64,000 nucleotides of DNA from Thermoplasmatota archaeon (GTDB taxonomy: Archaea > Thermoplasmatota > Poseidoniia > Poseidoniales > Thalassarchaeaceae). The notes under the pieces were generated by a model, which worked only from the letters and a program-made list of their open reading frames with translations, was not told the DNA's origin and did no database searches. The position numbers and the translations under genes were made by a program. The DNA is taken from positions 20,572 to 84,571 of the forward strand of contig JAZAAK010000014.1 in the NCBI GenBank assembly GCA_036138175.1, written 5' to 3'. Numbering within the stretch: position 1 is the stretch's first letter; every line of letters begins with the position of its first letter. Below, in pieces: positions 10,901 to 19,355 of the stretch.

Positions 10901-11944
10901 TCTGCCGGCGATTACATCATCCATGAACCGAGAATCAGTTTTGATTACTCTACGCTTGAAAGAGTTCTCCTGCTCCTCAGTTTTTCCTTTTGAGGCAAAG
11001 TGAGCGATGAAATCCCACCCAGGAATGTTTAGTCGGTCTGTGTGTTTCTGAACTTTAGGAGCCTTGAGGCATAGACCCTCTCCAATTACTAGCAGAACCC
11101 CTCCCCTAACTCGGGCGCCATCGATATTACGAACTTCCTTGAATCCAGAACATTCGATATCTTCTGTTGACTCTCCGTTAATCATCACTGGACAAGCCCT
11201 TACAATCATTTCAATTTCTTCTGGTGGAGGCTTGTATTGCAACCCCTTTCGATATAGGCCAAATTCCTCCTTTACCCTCTCAACTTCTGGTGTACTAGGA
11301 ATATATCGATTCAATCCTAGTTCACGCCTGACCATGTCACCAATCAGCACACCAAGAGCCTGCGCAGTACCTCCTGCGGCCCTAATTGGTCCACAGAATT
11401 CGATTGATAGGAACTCTGTCCCATCTTCATTATTGAGAATCTTAACATCGCCAATTCCTTCCAGAGGGGCGACTAGAACGGCCTCGGTAAGTACCGCCAA
11501 TCCGACACGAAGGCCTGTGTCTATCGATCGTCGAACATCGGCCGTTAGTTTGTGCATTCTTTTTCCAACTTCAACGGCGATTTGAATCGAAGCAGTCTCA
11601 CGGTCTACCTTGCTAAGCAATTTACGCAAGTCATTCTCAATTCTGATGGGGTCGTCATCTGGAGTTGGTCTGAGGTATTCCTCAAGCAATTTCTCTGTCC
11701 TACTTGCCAAGTCCGCAGCACGCGGAATTTCAACATATTCGGCAAAATCCAGGCCTTTTGAGCGAGCCTCTTCTGCGATTTGGTAAGCCTTCTCTGTATT
11801 TTCTTCAAGCCAGTCTCTGTAGGACTCTAGCTCGCTAGAAAGACGAGCCTCATCCACTACGATTTTTGGGCTGTCTTGACCTAACATGTCGCATACGCTC
11901 CGCTGCTGAACATTCGACGACCGCACTAGGCCGTCCAAGAACAT
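7919..11944 (-). CDS. polC: DNA polymerase II (PolD) large catalytic subunit DP2
   Basis: 1341 aa. It carries the catalytic NCDGDEDS motif and the zinc finger CVRCGQSYRRMPLAGRC characteristic of archaeal DP2. No intein is evident. Confidence 0.9.
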   Translation of the reverse strand: MFLDGLVRSSNVQQRSVCDMLGQDSPKIVVDEARLSSELESYRDWLEENTEKAYQIAEEARSKGLDFAEYVEIPRAADLASRTEKLLEEYLRPTPDDDPIRIENDLRKLLSKVDRETASIQIAVEVGKRMHKLTADVRRSIDTGLRVGLAVLTEAVLVAPLEGIGDVKILNNEDGTEFLSIEFCGPIRAAGGTAQALGVLIGDMVRRELGLNRYIPSTPEVERVKEEFGLYRKGLQYKPPPEEIEMIVRACPVMINGESTEDIECSGFKEVRNIDGARVRGGVLLVIGEGLCLKAPKVQKHTDRLNIPGWDFIAHFASKGKTEEQENSFKRRVIKTDSRFMDDVIAGRPVFGEPSQPGAFRIRYGRSRASGLAAAGINPVSMEAMQGFLAVGTQMKVERPGKAAAVTPAIDIEGPMVLLEDGGFHRIDSMEEWNSIKDTVVSLWDSGEMLVGFGEFLENNKNLVPSPYNKDWWAADLAENLDQPQKVEEFASIIGVSRENFPPGLPFNGAISRGGEPALDRVRRKRDWNRYLRNLEMDWSQIKQICIKFGTAPPPPFNPWWSDLPLSFTGKLIEALLNSKIKSKGLRIPDVVQGWSPEQKLEDIGLDSPSTGVWPRWTELETHGVIKSSLLVLGIQHHHRRGDIVIPSNWEALLEGLGLEAEGSQIKIRADAAPHVTDRVAKIRAATETLRVEDVRREEIEAERDVERVRAQTAARQRGMSIAETEKEGDEAAEAIEDPGPPNRKELMAAQHLLDDHEVDRTLWLVRKLSDLRWEDAVPCRVGSRMGRPEKASRREMKPLVHSLFPIGDHGGPQRLLGEAAKRGRIRVETGPRICVKCGMESPMLRCHTRPDSSVPEECGGKTRPRPIRGNRTPRRLGQRTSIPVAGLLEVKRRSLGLDRLPEKIKSVKGLMSYEQTPEPLEKGILRARNELSVFRDGTARYDMIDVPVTHFRPSEIHTSWEILSKLGYSHDVDGNPLTGDEQILELFPQDFIPSSLAIQHLTSTCNFVDELLTRFYGMQPFYRVNSADDLVGHLAIGLAPHTSGGVLCRIIGWTDASAGYAHPLFHAAKRRNCDGDEDSIMMLMDGLLNFSRAILPANRGGRMDAPLVLTTRLNPSEIDKEALNVDCSWHYPRAFYEASQGQPHPAELKSHIEIVEHRLGTYGDLRGYGWTHDSGALDAGPANSSYKTLETMVDKMTAQLELGSKLRPVDVSKVASQVIESHFLPDLRGNLVAFTRQKVRCVRCGQSYRRMPLAGRCIQRKRNEGGLSNGRDDSSSMCGGNIVLTVSEGSVRKYIKVTQHVMENYGVDLYTRQRVDWLSDSVDSLFNDDTVTVMTLSDFL

Positions 11945-12027
11945 TCACTATCTTCCAACTCTTCTAACCCCTTCCGAGTGCGAACCTTCATCCGATTACC
12001 ACCAAGCCGAAATGGAAGGGAAGAGGC

Positions 12028-12612
12028 ATGTCGACTACTGTTGCTGAAGCAAAACAACGTCTAATCGAACGTGTTCGTGATTTGGCATATCTACACTCTC
12101 CTGACGAATTATTCACTCTTGCCAGCGGCCGACAGAGTCCACATTTCTTTGATATGAAGCCAGTAATGATGGACCCGGAATGTGCTCATCTAATCGGTGT
12201 ACTGCTCCACGCAGAAATAGAATCAATCGGCGGAGTCGACGCGGTCGGCGGACTCGAACTGGGAGCTGTACCACTCACCGGTATTGCGATTGCAAAAGCA
12301 GGAAAGGGTTCTGACCTCCGGGGCTTCTTAGTTCGCAAAGAAGCAAAAGGTCGAGGCGGTCGAAAAACAGGAAACCCACCTGGTATTGAAGGGTCAACCC
12401 TGCGACAAGGCGACCGGGTTGTATTGTTGGAAGATGTCACCACAACTGGAGGCTCCGCTCTCAAAGCTGCTAATCGATTAATCGATATGGGGTGCGATGT
12501 TGCGGCTTGTATTACTATTCTAGATCGAGAGGAAGGAGGCCAAGACACCTTCAAATCTGCCGGAATTAGCTTACATCCACTCATTCTTCGCTCGGATGTA
12601 ACGGGTGAGTGA
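12028..12612 (+). CDS. pyrE: Orotate phosphoribosyltransferase
   Basis: PRPP-binding motif VVLLEDVTTTGGS. Size of 194 aa fits. Confidence 0.8.
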   Translation: MSTTVAEAKQRLIERVRDLAYLHSPDELFTLASGRQSPHFFDMKPVMMDPECAHLIGVLLHAEIESIGGVDAVGGLELGAVPLTGIAIAKAGKGSDLRGFLVRKEAKGRGGRKTGNPPGIEGSTLRQGDRVVLLEDVTTTGGSALKAANRLIDMGCDVAACITILDREEGGQDTFKSAGISLHPLILRSDVTGE

Positions 12613-13008
12613 ATGTCGGAACATGTTATTGATTCCAGCGAGCCGTACCATCCTGACAAACTAGAGAAAAAGGACTACGTCGGAGCAGCCGCTTACTTTG
12701 AATTAGATTTGCGAACTGGTATCATACTCAAAGTCGAAGAATTCCCAGACATGCGTAAACCCTCTTACAAAATTGAAGTTGACTTCGGCCCGGTCATTGG
12801 TAAACTTTGGAGCTCGGCCCAGATTACCAACTATTCCCGAGCAGAGTTGGTTGGACGAACTGTAGTTGGAGCATTGAATCTTGGCGACAAGACTTTGCCG
12901 ACCGGTTTTGTCAGCCAATTCCTTGTCTTAGGGGCCTTAGAAGCAGATGGCACGGTTAGGTTGTTAGAACTTCCAGAAGGGGTCAAACCCGGGTCGATGG
13001 TTGCTTAA
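12613..13008 (+). CDS. tRNA-binding protein (Trbp111/CsaA/Myf-type OB fold)
   Basis: ELDLRTGIILKVEEFP...KPSYKIEVDFG matches the tRNA-binding domain shared with the MetRS C-terminus. It abuts the pyrE stop, giving an operon. Confidence 0.7.
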   Translation: MSEHVIDSSEPYHPDKLEKKDYVGAAAYFELDLRTGIILKVEEFPDMRKPSYKIEVDFGPVIGKLWSSAQITNYSRAELVGRTVVGALNLGDKTLPTGFVSQFLVLGALEADGTVRLLELPEGVKPGSMVA

Positions 13009-13014
13009 GAGAAG

Positions 13015-13578
13015 TTGAAAAACCCGGTCGTAGTTCTGGTAAATATGCAGGAACAGGCGGGTTACGCTGATAGCGACCAAATTATGTCTGTAGAATTCGA
13101 CAAAAAAATCATCATTTATTGGTGGCTAATGGCTAATTTAGGCCTCCTAACGTCATTTATAGGAATCCCATTGATGCTGATTTGGCTTCCATTTGGTTGG
13201 ATAGTTCACCAGAAGCAGTACGAACATATGAGCGGGGCTCTAACTGCTCGTTCCCTCAATATGCGTATGGGTTGGTTATTCAAGAAGCAACAGAACATCG
13301 CTCTAGACAAACTTACTGACGTATCAATTTCAGAAGGACCAATTCTGAAAGCACTCGGGGTTGTTAAGATGCAATTCGAGACAGCAGGTGCTGCACCTTT
13401 CATTCTGTCTGGGGTGAAAAACGCGGATCAATTCCGCGATGTCGTTCTCCAACACAGAGACTCATTGATGGCTACTCCATCTCCACAGTCCAGCCCATCA
13501 ACTGAATCCAATGACGTTCTAATTGAAATCAGAGATTTACTGAAAGAAATCAATACTAATCTTTCCAGCGAAGAGTGA
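13015..13578 (+). CDS. Membrane-anchored bacterial-type PH domain protein (bPH_2/YdbS-like)
   Basis: TM hairpin followed by the DKLTDVSISEGPILKALGVVKMQFETAG pattern of bPH_2 domains. Confidence 0.55.
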   Translation: MKNPVVVLVNMQEQAGYADSDQIMSVEFDKKIIIYWWLMANLGLLTSFIGIPLMLIWLPFGWIVHQKQYEHMSGALTARSLNMRMGWLFKKQQNIALDKLTDVSISEGPILKALGVVKMQFETAGAAPFILSGVKNADQFRDVVLQHRDSLMATPSPQSSPSTESNDVLIEIRDLLKEINTNLSSEE

Positions 13579-13624
13579 CAACTCAATCGTCATGCTATTG
13601 GACTAGACGCCCTTCGTTGCCCTC

Positions 13625-14116
13625 ATGCCTACCATGGTTAGAATGACGACAAGCGCTGGAGATATTGACATTGCACTGTATACAGAGGATTGTCCTGAGA
13701 CAACAGGCAACTTCCTCAGATTGGTGGACGAGGAATTCTACAACGGATTACACTTTCACCGCGTCATTAAGAATTTCATGATTCAAGGCGGATGCCCGAG
13801 ATCAAAGGACCCATTCGATGGAAGAGCAGGAACAGGCGGCCCAGGTTGGAAAATCCCTTGCGAGGCATCGGCATTGGCAAAAAAACACGACAGACCAGGG
13901 CTATTTTCCATGGCGAACGCAGGCCCTAACACAGGTGGCTCACAATTCTTCCTAACAACCGTTCCAACACCTTGGTTAGACGGTAATCATGCTATTTTTG
14001 GAGAGGTTATTGCAGGTATGGAGAATGTCTACAAGATTGAGAACTGTGATACGAAGCCCGGCGATAGGCCGTATGACCCTCAAAAAATCATCTCTGTTCA
14101 GCGATTAGAAGAGTAA
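13625..14116 (+). CDS. Cyclophilin-type peptidyl-prolyl cis-trans isomerase
   Basis: HFHRVIKNFMIQGGCP and FSMANAGPNTGGSQFF cyclophilin signatures. Confidence 0.85.
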   Translation: MPTMVRMTTSAGDIDIALYTEDCPETTGNFLRLVDEEFYNGLHFHRVIKNFMIQGGCPRSKDPFDGRAGTGGPGWKIPCEASALAKKHDRPGLFSMANAGPNTGGSQFFLTTVPTPWLDGNHAIFGEVIAGMENVYKIENCDTKPGDRPYDPQKIISVQRLEE

Positions 14117-14130
14117 TCGTTGTATAGAAA

Positions 14131-14165
14131 GCCAATAATTAATTTTATTAATAACTAATTAACAG
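14131..14165 (+). promoter_or_regulatory. 29-nt almost pure A/T block with palindromic sub-elements (aattaatt; ttaataa/ttattaa) immediately upstream of the RHH-fumarase gene. Candidate TATA/BRE plus operator
   Basis: ccAATAATTAATTTTATTAATAACTAATTAAcagg seen directly in the sequence. It is striking in a ~47% GC genome. Confidence 0.3.
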
Positions 14166-14172
14166 GCTGTTT

Positions 14173-15774
14173 ATGGCCAAACATCGGGCGGGCGACCGTC
14201 GCATAATCAGTATCAGCATACCAGAAGAGCTTGCAAGGAAGCTAGACAGAAGGGTCGGGAAGGGCCGAAATGATGGTAGATCCGCAACAATAACAAAAAT
14301 GATACAAAACGGTTTGGAAACTGAGCAAACCGTAGCAATACAAACCCCAGTTAGCGAGCAAAGAAGCGCATCTGGAGTCACAGGTGAAATCAGAATCGAA
14401 AAAGACACCATGGGAGAGTTAGAAGTCCCAGCAGATCGATACTTCGGAGCGCAAACCGCTCGCTCTCTAATCAACTTCGATATAGGTACTGACACGATGC
14501 CGCCGTCAGTAATCAGAGCCTTCGGGATTCTAAAACAAGCGGCGGCAGAAACTAATGTTGATCTCGGCCAATTGGACCCTCAGATTGGCGCTCTAATTTC
14601 TTCTGCTTGCGATGAAGTAATCTCTGGCTCATTGGATGAACATTTTCCGCTTCGAGTTTGGCAAACGGGTTCGGGGACACAAACCAACATGAATAGTAAC
14701 GAAGTAATTGCTAATCGAGCAATAGAGATGGCCGGAGGTGAATTAGGTAGCAAATCACCCGTGCACCCTAATGATCATGTAAATCGCGGCCAATCCAGCA
14801 ATGACACTTTCCCAACAGCAATGCACATCGCAGCCGCCGAGGAAATCCACCATCGATTATTGCCTGCGGTTAGATTACTACATAATGCTCTGGCAACAAA
14901 GGCGGATGAGTTTGAAAATATAGTAAAAATCGGCCGAACTCACTTAATGGACGCAGTCCCACTTACTCTTGGTCAAGAATTCGGCGGCTATGTTTCCATG
15001 TTATCATCTGATATTCAACGAATTGAAGCCGCTTGGGACGATTTGCTACAGTTAGCTCTGGGTGGTACAGCAGTTGGAACGGGCCTAAACACCCATTACG
15101 AATTCGCCGACAAAGTAGCCGATAGAATCGCCGAGAAGACTCAATTACCATTCGTCTCGGCTGAAAATAAGTTTGCTCAATTAGCGGCTCATGATGCAAT
15201 CGTAGCAGCCTCAGGAGCACTCAACACTCTCGCTGTAAGTCTAATGAAGATTGCAAATGATATTCGTTGGATGGGTTCAGGGCCACGCTGCGGATTTGGT
15301 GAATTATCTCTACCAGCCAATGAACCAGGCTCGAGTATCATGCCAGGAAAGGTGAATCCAACTCAATCCGAAGCTATGACAATGGTGTGCTGCCAGGTAA
15401 TGGGTAACCACACAGCGATTAGCGTCGGAGGCAGTCAAGGAAATTTTGAACTCAACGTCTTCAAACCTTTGATGATCTACAATTTACTACACAGCACTAG
15501 GTTGCTCGCGGACACTTGTAGGGCCTTTACCGAGAAATGTGTTGATGGGCTTGAAGCCAATGAAGGAGTAATCGCTTCTCATCTTGAGAATAGTTTGATG
15601 CTGGTCACAGCTCTGAACAATCACATTGGATATGATAGCGCTGCAAAGATTGCAAAACACGCTCACTCAAGTGGTTCTACACTAAGGGAGTCAGCGCTTG
15701 AACTTGGATTAGTCACAAACGATCAATTTGACCAATGGGTGAAACCTAGAGAGATGATAGGCCCTAAAGAGTAG
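14173..15774 (+). CDS. fumC: Class II fumarate hydratase with an in-frame N-terminal ribbon-helix-helix (CopG/Arc-like) domain
   Basis: Fumarate-lyase signature [17 protein letters not shown] and [18 protein letters not shown]. Homology to FumC begins at [23 protein letters not shown]. The preceding ~70 aa contain [21 protein letters not shown], a beta-strand/helix RHH pattern. No stop codon separates them. Confidence 0.8.
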   Translation: MAKHRAGDRRIISISIPEELARKLDRRVGKGRNDGRSATITKMIQNGLETEQTVAIQTPVSEQRSASGVTGEIRIEKDTMGELEVPADRYFGAQTARSLINFDIGTDTMPPSVIRAFGILKQAAAETNVDLGQLDPQIGALISSACDEVISGSLDEHFPLRVWQTGSGTQTNMNSNEVIANRAIEMAGGELGSKSPVHPNDHVNRGQSSNDTFPTAMHIAAAEEIHHRLLPAVRLLHNALATKADEFENIVKIGRTHLMDAVPLTLGQEFGGYVSMLSSDIQRIEAAWDDLLQLALGGTAVGTGLNTHYEFADKVADRIAEKTQLPFVSAENKFAQLAAHDAIVAASGALNTLAVSLMKIANDIRWMGSGPRCGFGELSLPANEPGSSIMPGKVNPTQSEAMTMVCCQVMGNHTAISVGGSQGNFELNVFKPLMIYNLLHSTRLLADTCRAFTEKCVDGLEANEGVIASHLENSLMLVTALNNHIGYDSAAKIAKHAHSSGSTLRESALELGLVTNDQFDQWVKPREMIGPKE

Positions 15775-15775
15775 T

Positions 15776-15975
15776 CTAACTGGAGTTAGTTCTGAACTAA
15801 CGAAATCATACATTGAAGGGAGAAAGGCTCCGCAATGATTGATAATTAGATGGAATGGGGCTCAGCCGTACTTTGGTACAAGGTGGGAGCAGCAGGGGGT
15901 TCTGCACATGGGGGAGCATCCCCCCCTGCTATCTCCGCAGGGTCCGGTTCCATCCGGGCTTGCGCCCTTTTTTTC
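15776..15975 (+). ncRNA. Candidate structured RNA element (3'-UTR structure or small RNA). It has two alternative hairpins at the fumC stop, a long interrupted G/C stem, a CCGG hairpin and a terminal GGGC-ttgc-GCCC stem followed by T7
   Basis: Inverted repeats read directly. These are ctaac-tgga-gttag / gttagt-tctga-actaac (15776-15801), ggagcagcaggggg...ccccctgctatctcc (15886-15937) and guccgg-uuccau-ccgggc. The T7 run lies at 15968-15974. No Rfam family was recognised. Confidence 0.2.
15954..15975 (+). terminator. GC stem (gggc-ttgc-gccc) followed by TTTTTTT
   Basis: Seen directly in the sequence. The oligo-T is consistent with archaeal termination signals downstream of fumC. Confidence 0.4.
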
Positions 15976-15984
15976 CCGGGTAGA

Positions 15985-16545
15985 TGACTACATTGCTCCG
16001 AAGAGCCTTTTCGTCGTTTCCCGCTTCTTCGAGGATCGCTCCCCGTTTCTGCGTTTCCATTTCCCTCCCCGGCTCTCACCGGTTTGTTCTTTGGAATGAG
16101 TGCCGGTCCTCCACGCGTCTCCGCGCTCTTGTTCCCGCCGCGTTTCCCTCTGGTTTCTTTTCCCCTTCCTTGCGTCCAGTTTTTGTCTTCCTTTGTTCCC
16201 CGCAGATTCGCCTCAAGCTTTTCCCATCTCTGGTTCTCTCGCTCTTCGCTTATGCACTCACGGCCTGGTTAGTTGGCACGGTATGCGTTTTCCCTGCCTA
16301 AGCAGTGCGGTTGTGTTTTCCCCAACTTTCCCTGTTGCTTCCTTCCCCTTCCTTTCGTCCGGTTTTCTCCACCTCAGTTCGACCGTATCTCCCCTGGCCC
16401 AAGTGCCAAGTTCGATCATCCCCGGTCCCCTTGCGGTTTCCGGTTCTACCACCCCGAGTTCGGGGTTCGGTTCTGTGGCCCGCGGTGTTTGCCGAAGCTC
16501 GCACCACACCACTCTCCCAGAGCGGCATCTTTGGTCTGAACGGCG
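15985..16545 (+). repeat. Long strand-asymmetric polypyrimidine (C/T) tract. It is GC-rich, low-complexity and non-coding
   Basis: Sampled 60-nt lines contain 46-51 pyrimidines out of 60 on the + strand (77-85%). All six frames give overlapping short ORFs with low-complexity translations (P/S/F/L-rich on +, G/E/R/K-rich on -) and none is credible. Confidence 0.6.
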
Positions 16546-16635
16546 GAGGCACATAAACATTTCGCTAAATGAGGTACTGTGGACCGGAAATAGGGGTCTA
16601 GGGATGTTAATTTCCACTGCATCCCAGGCCGAGAA

Positions 16636-17679
16636 TTACCGATTTCTTAACATCCTTAGACGAGCTCGAAGATCTGATTTTTCAGAATATTCTTCAGGCT
16701 CTTCTTGATGTGAATTTATTCTTCTCTTCATAACTTCAGATTCTACAAAGTAGACTCTTCCCTGGTCATCTGCGAGTACTATTCTATTGAATGATGAATC
16801 CATCTGTCGTAACCTAGAATCATGGGATATTTTATTCGATATTTCGCCAATTATCATTATCCAAACATTCATTCCATCGAAGGAAGATGCCCAACCATTA
16901 GTTTCGATAATTTCGACCGCATCAACAGAACCAGGTAGTTTTTCTGATACGGCTTTCATCGAGATGCTACCATCTTCATGACCAGAAATCCAGCCATTGG
17001 GACTAGAAGCAATCGAGGTAATCAACGATCCCGCCTCGAGTACCGATTCATCCAATGAACTCAAGGAGCCATCAGCGTGTCCAAAAATCAAATCTTTATT
17101 TTCTCCAGAACCACAGGTGACTGGACTGTTTGTTGGTAGCGCGTTATGCTCGACAGGGGCTTCAGGGCGAACTCTGAGATAACCGCACCTAGGTCGCCCT
17201 AAACCTAGAACAATTCCTCCAGAACCATCCGAAGAAATATGCCAAGCACGTTCAGCGACTACCCAACGTTCCAATTCATTTCCCAATTTATCGAATCTCC
17301 AAATGGTGGATTCGATGAAGTCGGCGACCTCTAACTCGTAAACTGATGAGGTCGCCCAGATATTCCCATCCACTGCTAATACATAGTCACTTGCTCCTTC
17401 CAATTTTTTATTCCAAAGAAGCAACCCATTCTCTATGTCAACTGCATGAAGAGAATTAGATGCTGCGACATAAACGCTGCCTGAATCTACAGAGATATCA
17501 GAAATCGGGCCGCTAATTGAAACTCTCCAACGTTCAACTCCGCTGGAAGCATCCCAGGAAACAAGTAATCCATCGTGCGACCCAGCGAATAGTAAATCCT
17601 CGACTAGAAGTAATGCGGAACAGGAGCTGAAAAGGTCTCGCACATAGGACGAGATAGCCTCAAGGGAAAGTCCGGCCAC
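16636..17679 (-). CDS. PQQ-like beta-propeller repeat protein
   Basis: Repeated ...DG.LYA.DA.TG...W pattern (LLVSWDASSGVERWRV, LHAVDIENGLLLWNK) typical of PQQ/BamB-like propellers. Confidence 0.6.
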   Translation of the reverse strand: MAGLSLEAISSYVRDLFSSCSALLLVEDLLFAGSHDGLLVSWDASSGVERWRVSISGPISDISVDSGSVYVAASNSLHAVDIENGLLLWNKKLEGASDYVLAVDGNIWATSSVYELEVADFIESTIWRFDKLGNELERWVVAERAWHISSDGSGGIVLGLGRPRCGYLRVRPEAPVEHNALPTNSPVTCGSGENKDLIFGHADGSLSSLDESVLEAGSLITSIASSPNGWISGHEDGSISMKAVSEKLPGSVDAVEIIETNGWASSFDGMNVWIMIIGEISNKISHDSRLRQMDSSFNRIVLADDQGRVYFVESEVMKRRINSHQEEPEEYSEKSDLRARLRMLRNR

Positions 17680-17717
17680 AGAGCCTCTACTCGACTGCTG
17701 GATATCGTATTTTGTGT

Positions 17718-19220
17718 CTAAGCGGTCAAGCCATAGAGCCGTTCGACCTTGTCTTGGAGATATTCTACGAATGCATCAGGAGATGGCGGCGAGCCGGTAG
17801 CCTCCTCGATTAAGGCAGCAGGCTCCAGAATACTACCTCGCGCGTGCACGCGCGAGCGCATCCAGTCCAAAATCGGCGCGAAATCTCCGTTGCGAATTTG
17901 TTCGTCATGGTCTGGAAGGTCTTCTCTTGCCTTGGCAAGAAGTTGCGCAGCGTAGAGGTTTCCAAGTGTGTAAGTGGGGAAATATCCGAAGGCTCCCATA
18001 GACCAGTGTATGTCTTGCAGAACACCTAGAGTTCGATTTGGCGCTCTAATTCCTAGGAATTCTTCGTACATGTCGTCCCAAACATCAGGGAGATCGTCAA
18101 CTTCGATTTCACCAGCGATTAACTTCTTCTCGACTTCATATCGAATCATTATGTGCAGGTTGTAGGTTGCCTCATCAGATTCTGTACGAATTAAACTCGG
18201 TTCTACTAGATTAACCGCCCTCCAGAGATCTTCTGCACTTACTCCTTTCATATTTTCTGGGAAATTTTCCTTCCAAATCGGTAATGCCCATTCACAGAAT
18301 TCTCTGCTTCGACCAACCTGATTCTCGAATAGTCGACTCTGACTTTCATGAACACCTAGTCCATTAGCCTGTCCGGCAGGTTGGAAGTCTAGGTTACGAG
18401 GCCGACCTTGCTCGTACAAACCGTGACCAGTCTCATGCATTGAACCGTAAAGAGAGCCGAATGGATCAGCTTCTGAATACCTAGTTGTCCAACGCACATC
18501 ATCAGGATTTGGCCCACCACAGAATGGATGAGTGGATGCATCACGACGTCCCGCAGCAAAGTCGAAACCAAGGGCTTCGGATACGGATTGAGAAAGAGAT
18601 TCTTGACCTGATTGGCTCCAAGAATTATTCTCGATGAAGCCCATTTCAGGACGCTCCCCTAGCTCCACGACGGCCTTTACAAGAGGCGCAACATTCTCTC
18701 TCAATCCAGCGAATAAAGGGTCTACTCTTGATACACTGAGGCCGGATTCATAGATGTCCAATAGAGCATCGTAGCGAAGCTCTTCATAGCCCAAATAGTC
18801 AGCTTTTTGTCGAGCCAGGTCAACCATCTTTGCCAGGTCGTCTCGGAAAATCGAGAAATCGTCCTCGGCTCGAGCCTTCTGCCAAGATATCAAAGATTGA
18901 GACTTGTGCTTTGCCATCTCTTCAACAAATTCTGTTGGTAGTTTTGTGGCTTTATCGTAAGAGTCGCGCGCGAGCCGAACGTTGGCTGCTTGTACGTCGT
19001 TTAGGTCCTCGCGCGCTTCCAGCTCAGTGAGTAATTCTCCAATTCTAGAGTCAGTCGTCGCTTCGTGTCCGGTTTTAGAAACCCAAGCCAATTGTTCCGC
19101 TCGGAGCGCCGCGGCTTTTGGTGGCATCAATACTTCTTGATCCCAGCCTAGTAGACCGCCGATTTGGGAGATCAAGTCAATGTTCTTCAAACGTTCAAGT
19201 AACTCATCGTAAGCATCCAT
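17718..19220 (-). CDS. Carboxypeptidase Taq (peptidase M32)
   Basis: [11 protein letters not shown] zinc site (HExxH), [10 protein letters not shown] and [20 protein letters not shown]32 signatures. 500 aa. Confidence 0.85.
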   Translation of the reverse strand: MDAYDELLERLKNIDLISQIGGLLGWDQEVLMPPKAAALRAEQLAWVSKTGHEATTDSRIGELLTELEAREDLNDVQAANVRLARDSYDKATKLPTEFVEEMAKHKSQSLISWQKARAEDDFSIFRDDLAKMVDLARQKADYLGYEELRYDALLDIYESGLSVSRVDPLFAGLRENVAPLVKAVVELGERPEMGFIENNSWSQSGQESLSQSVSEALGFDFAAGRRDASTHPFCGGPNPDDVRWTTRYSEADPFGSLYGSMHETGHGLYEQGRPRNLDFQPAGQANGLGVHESQSRLFENQVGRSREFCEWALPIWKENFPENMKGVSAEDLWRAVNLVEPSLIRTESDEATYNLHIMIRYEVEKKLIAGEIEVDDLPDVWDDMYEEFLGIRAPNRTLGVLQDIHWSMGAFGYFPTYTLGNLYAAQLLAKAREDLPDHDEQIRNGDFAPILDWMRSRVHARGSILEPAALIEEATGSPPSPDAFVEYLQDKVERLYGLTA

Positions 19221-19355
19221 ATAAGGACCGGGATGGTACCCCTCATCAAACCCTTCGATATAGCAAATTCACAATTGGATTTCCCATTATCTGGCTATTT
19301 TTCCTTCACACCAAGAGTCAGAACTCTCTTGAGTAGTTTAGCACGCGCGGAGCGC

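Noticed and set aside
8583-11761. Plus-strand ORFs of 60-173 aa inside the PolD DP2 gene
   Set aside because: They are antisense to a strongly supported 1341-aa gene and have proline/serine-rich, motif-free translations.
16320-16345. Reverse complement contains GGAAGGAAGCAACAGG, resembling the conserved SRP RNA helix-8 strand (GGAAGGAAGCAGCC)
   Set aside because: This is an 11-nt match inside a purine-only stretch. There is no complementary pyrimidine strand to build the obligatory long SRP helix 5, so it is most likely coincidence.
15839-16708. Six overlapping ORFs (62-202 aa, both strands) across the polypyrimidine tract
   Set aside because: All frames are open at once, the translations are P/S/F-rich or G/E/R/K-rich low complexity, and no motif is present. 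This behaviour is typical of GC-rich non-coding DNA. A disordered minus-strand protein cannot be fully excluded.
17838-17855. Perfect 18-bp palindrome tcgcgcgtgcacgcgcga (and other CGCGCG-rich palindromes at 18963-18972 and 23846-23857)
   Set aside because: The 17838 and 18963 sites lie inside the M32 carboxypeptidase CDS, where they encode Arg/Ala/His runs, and the 23846 site sits in the 48-bp rpe/BolA spacer. They are short enough to arise from codon choice, and no flanking features suggest a mobile element or operator.
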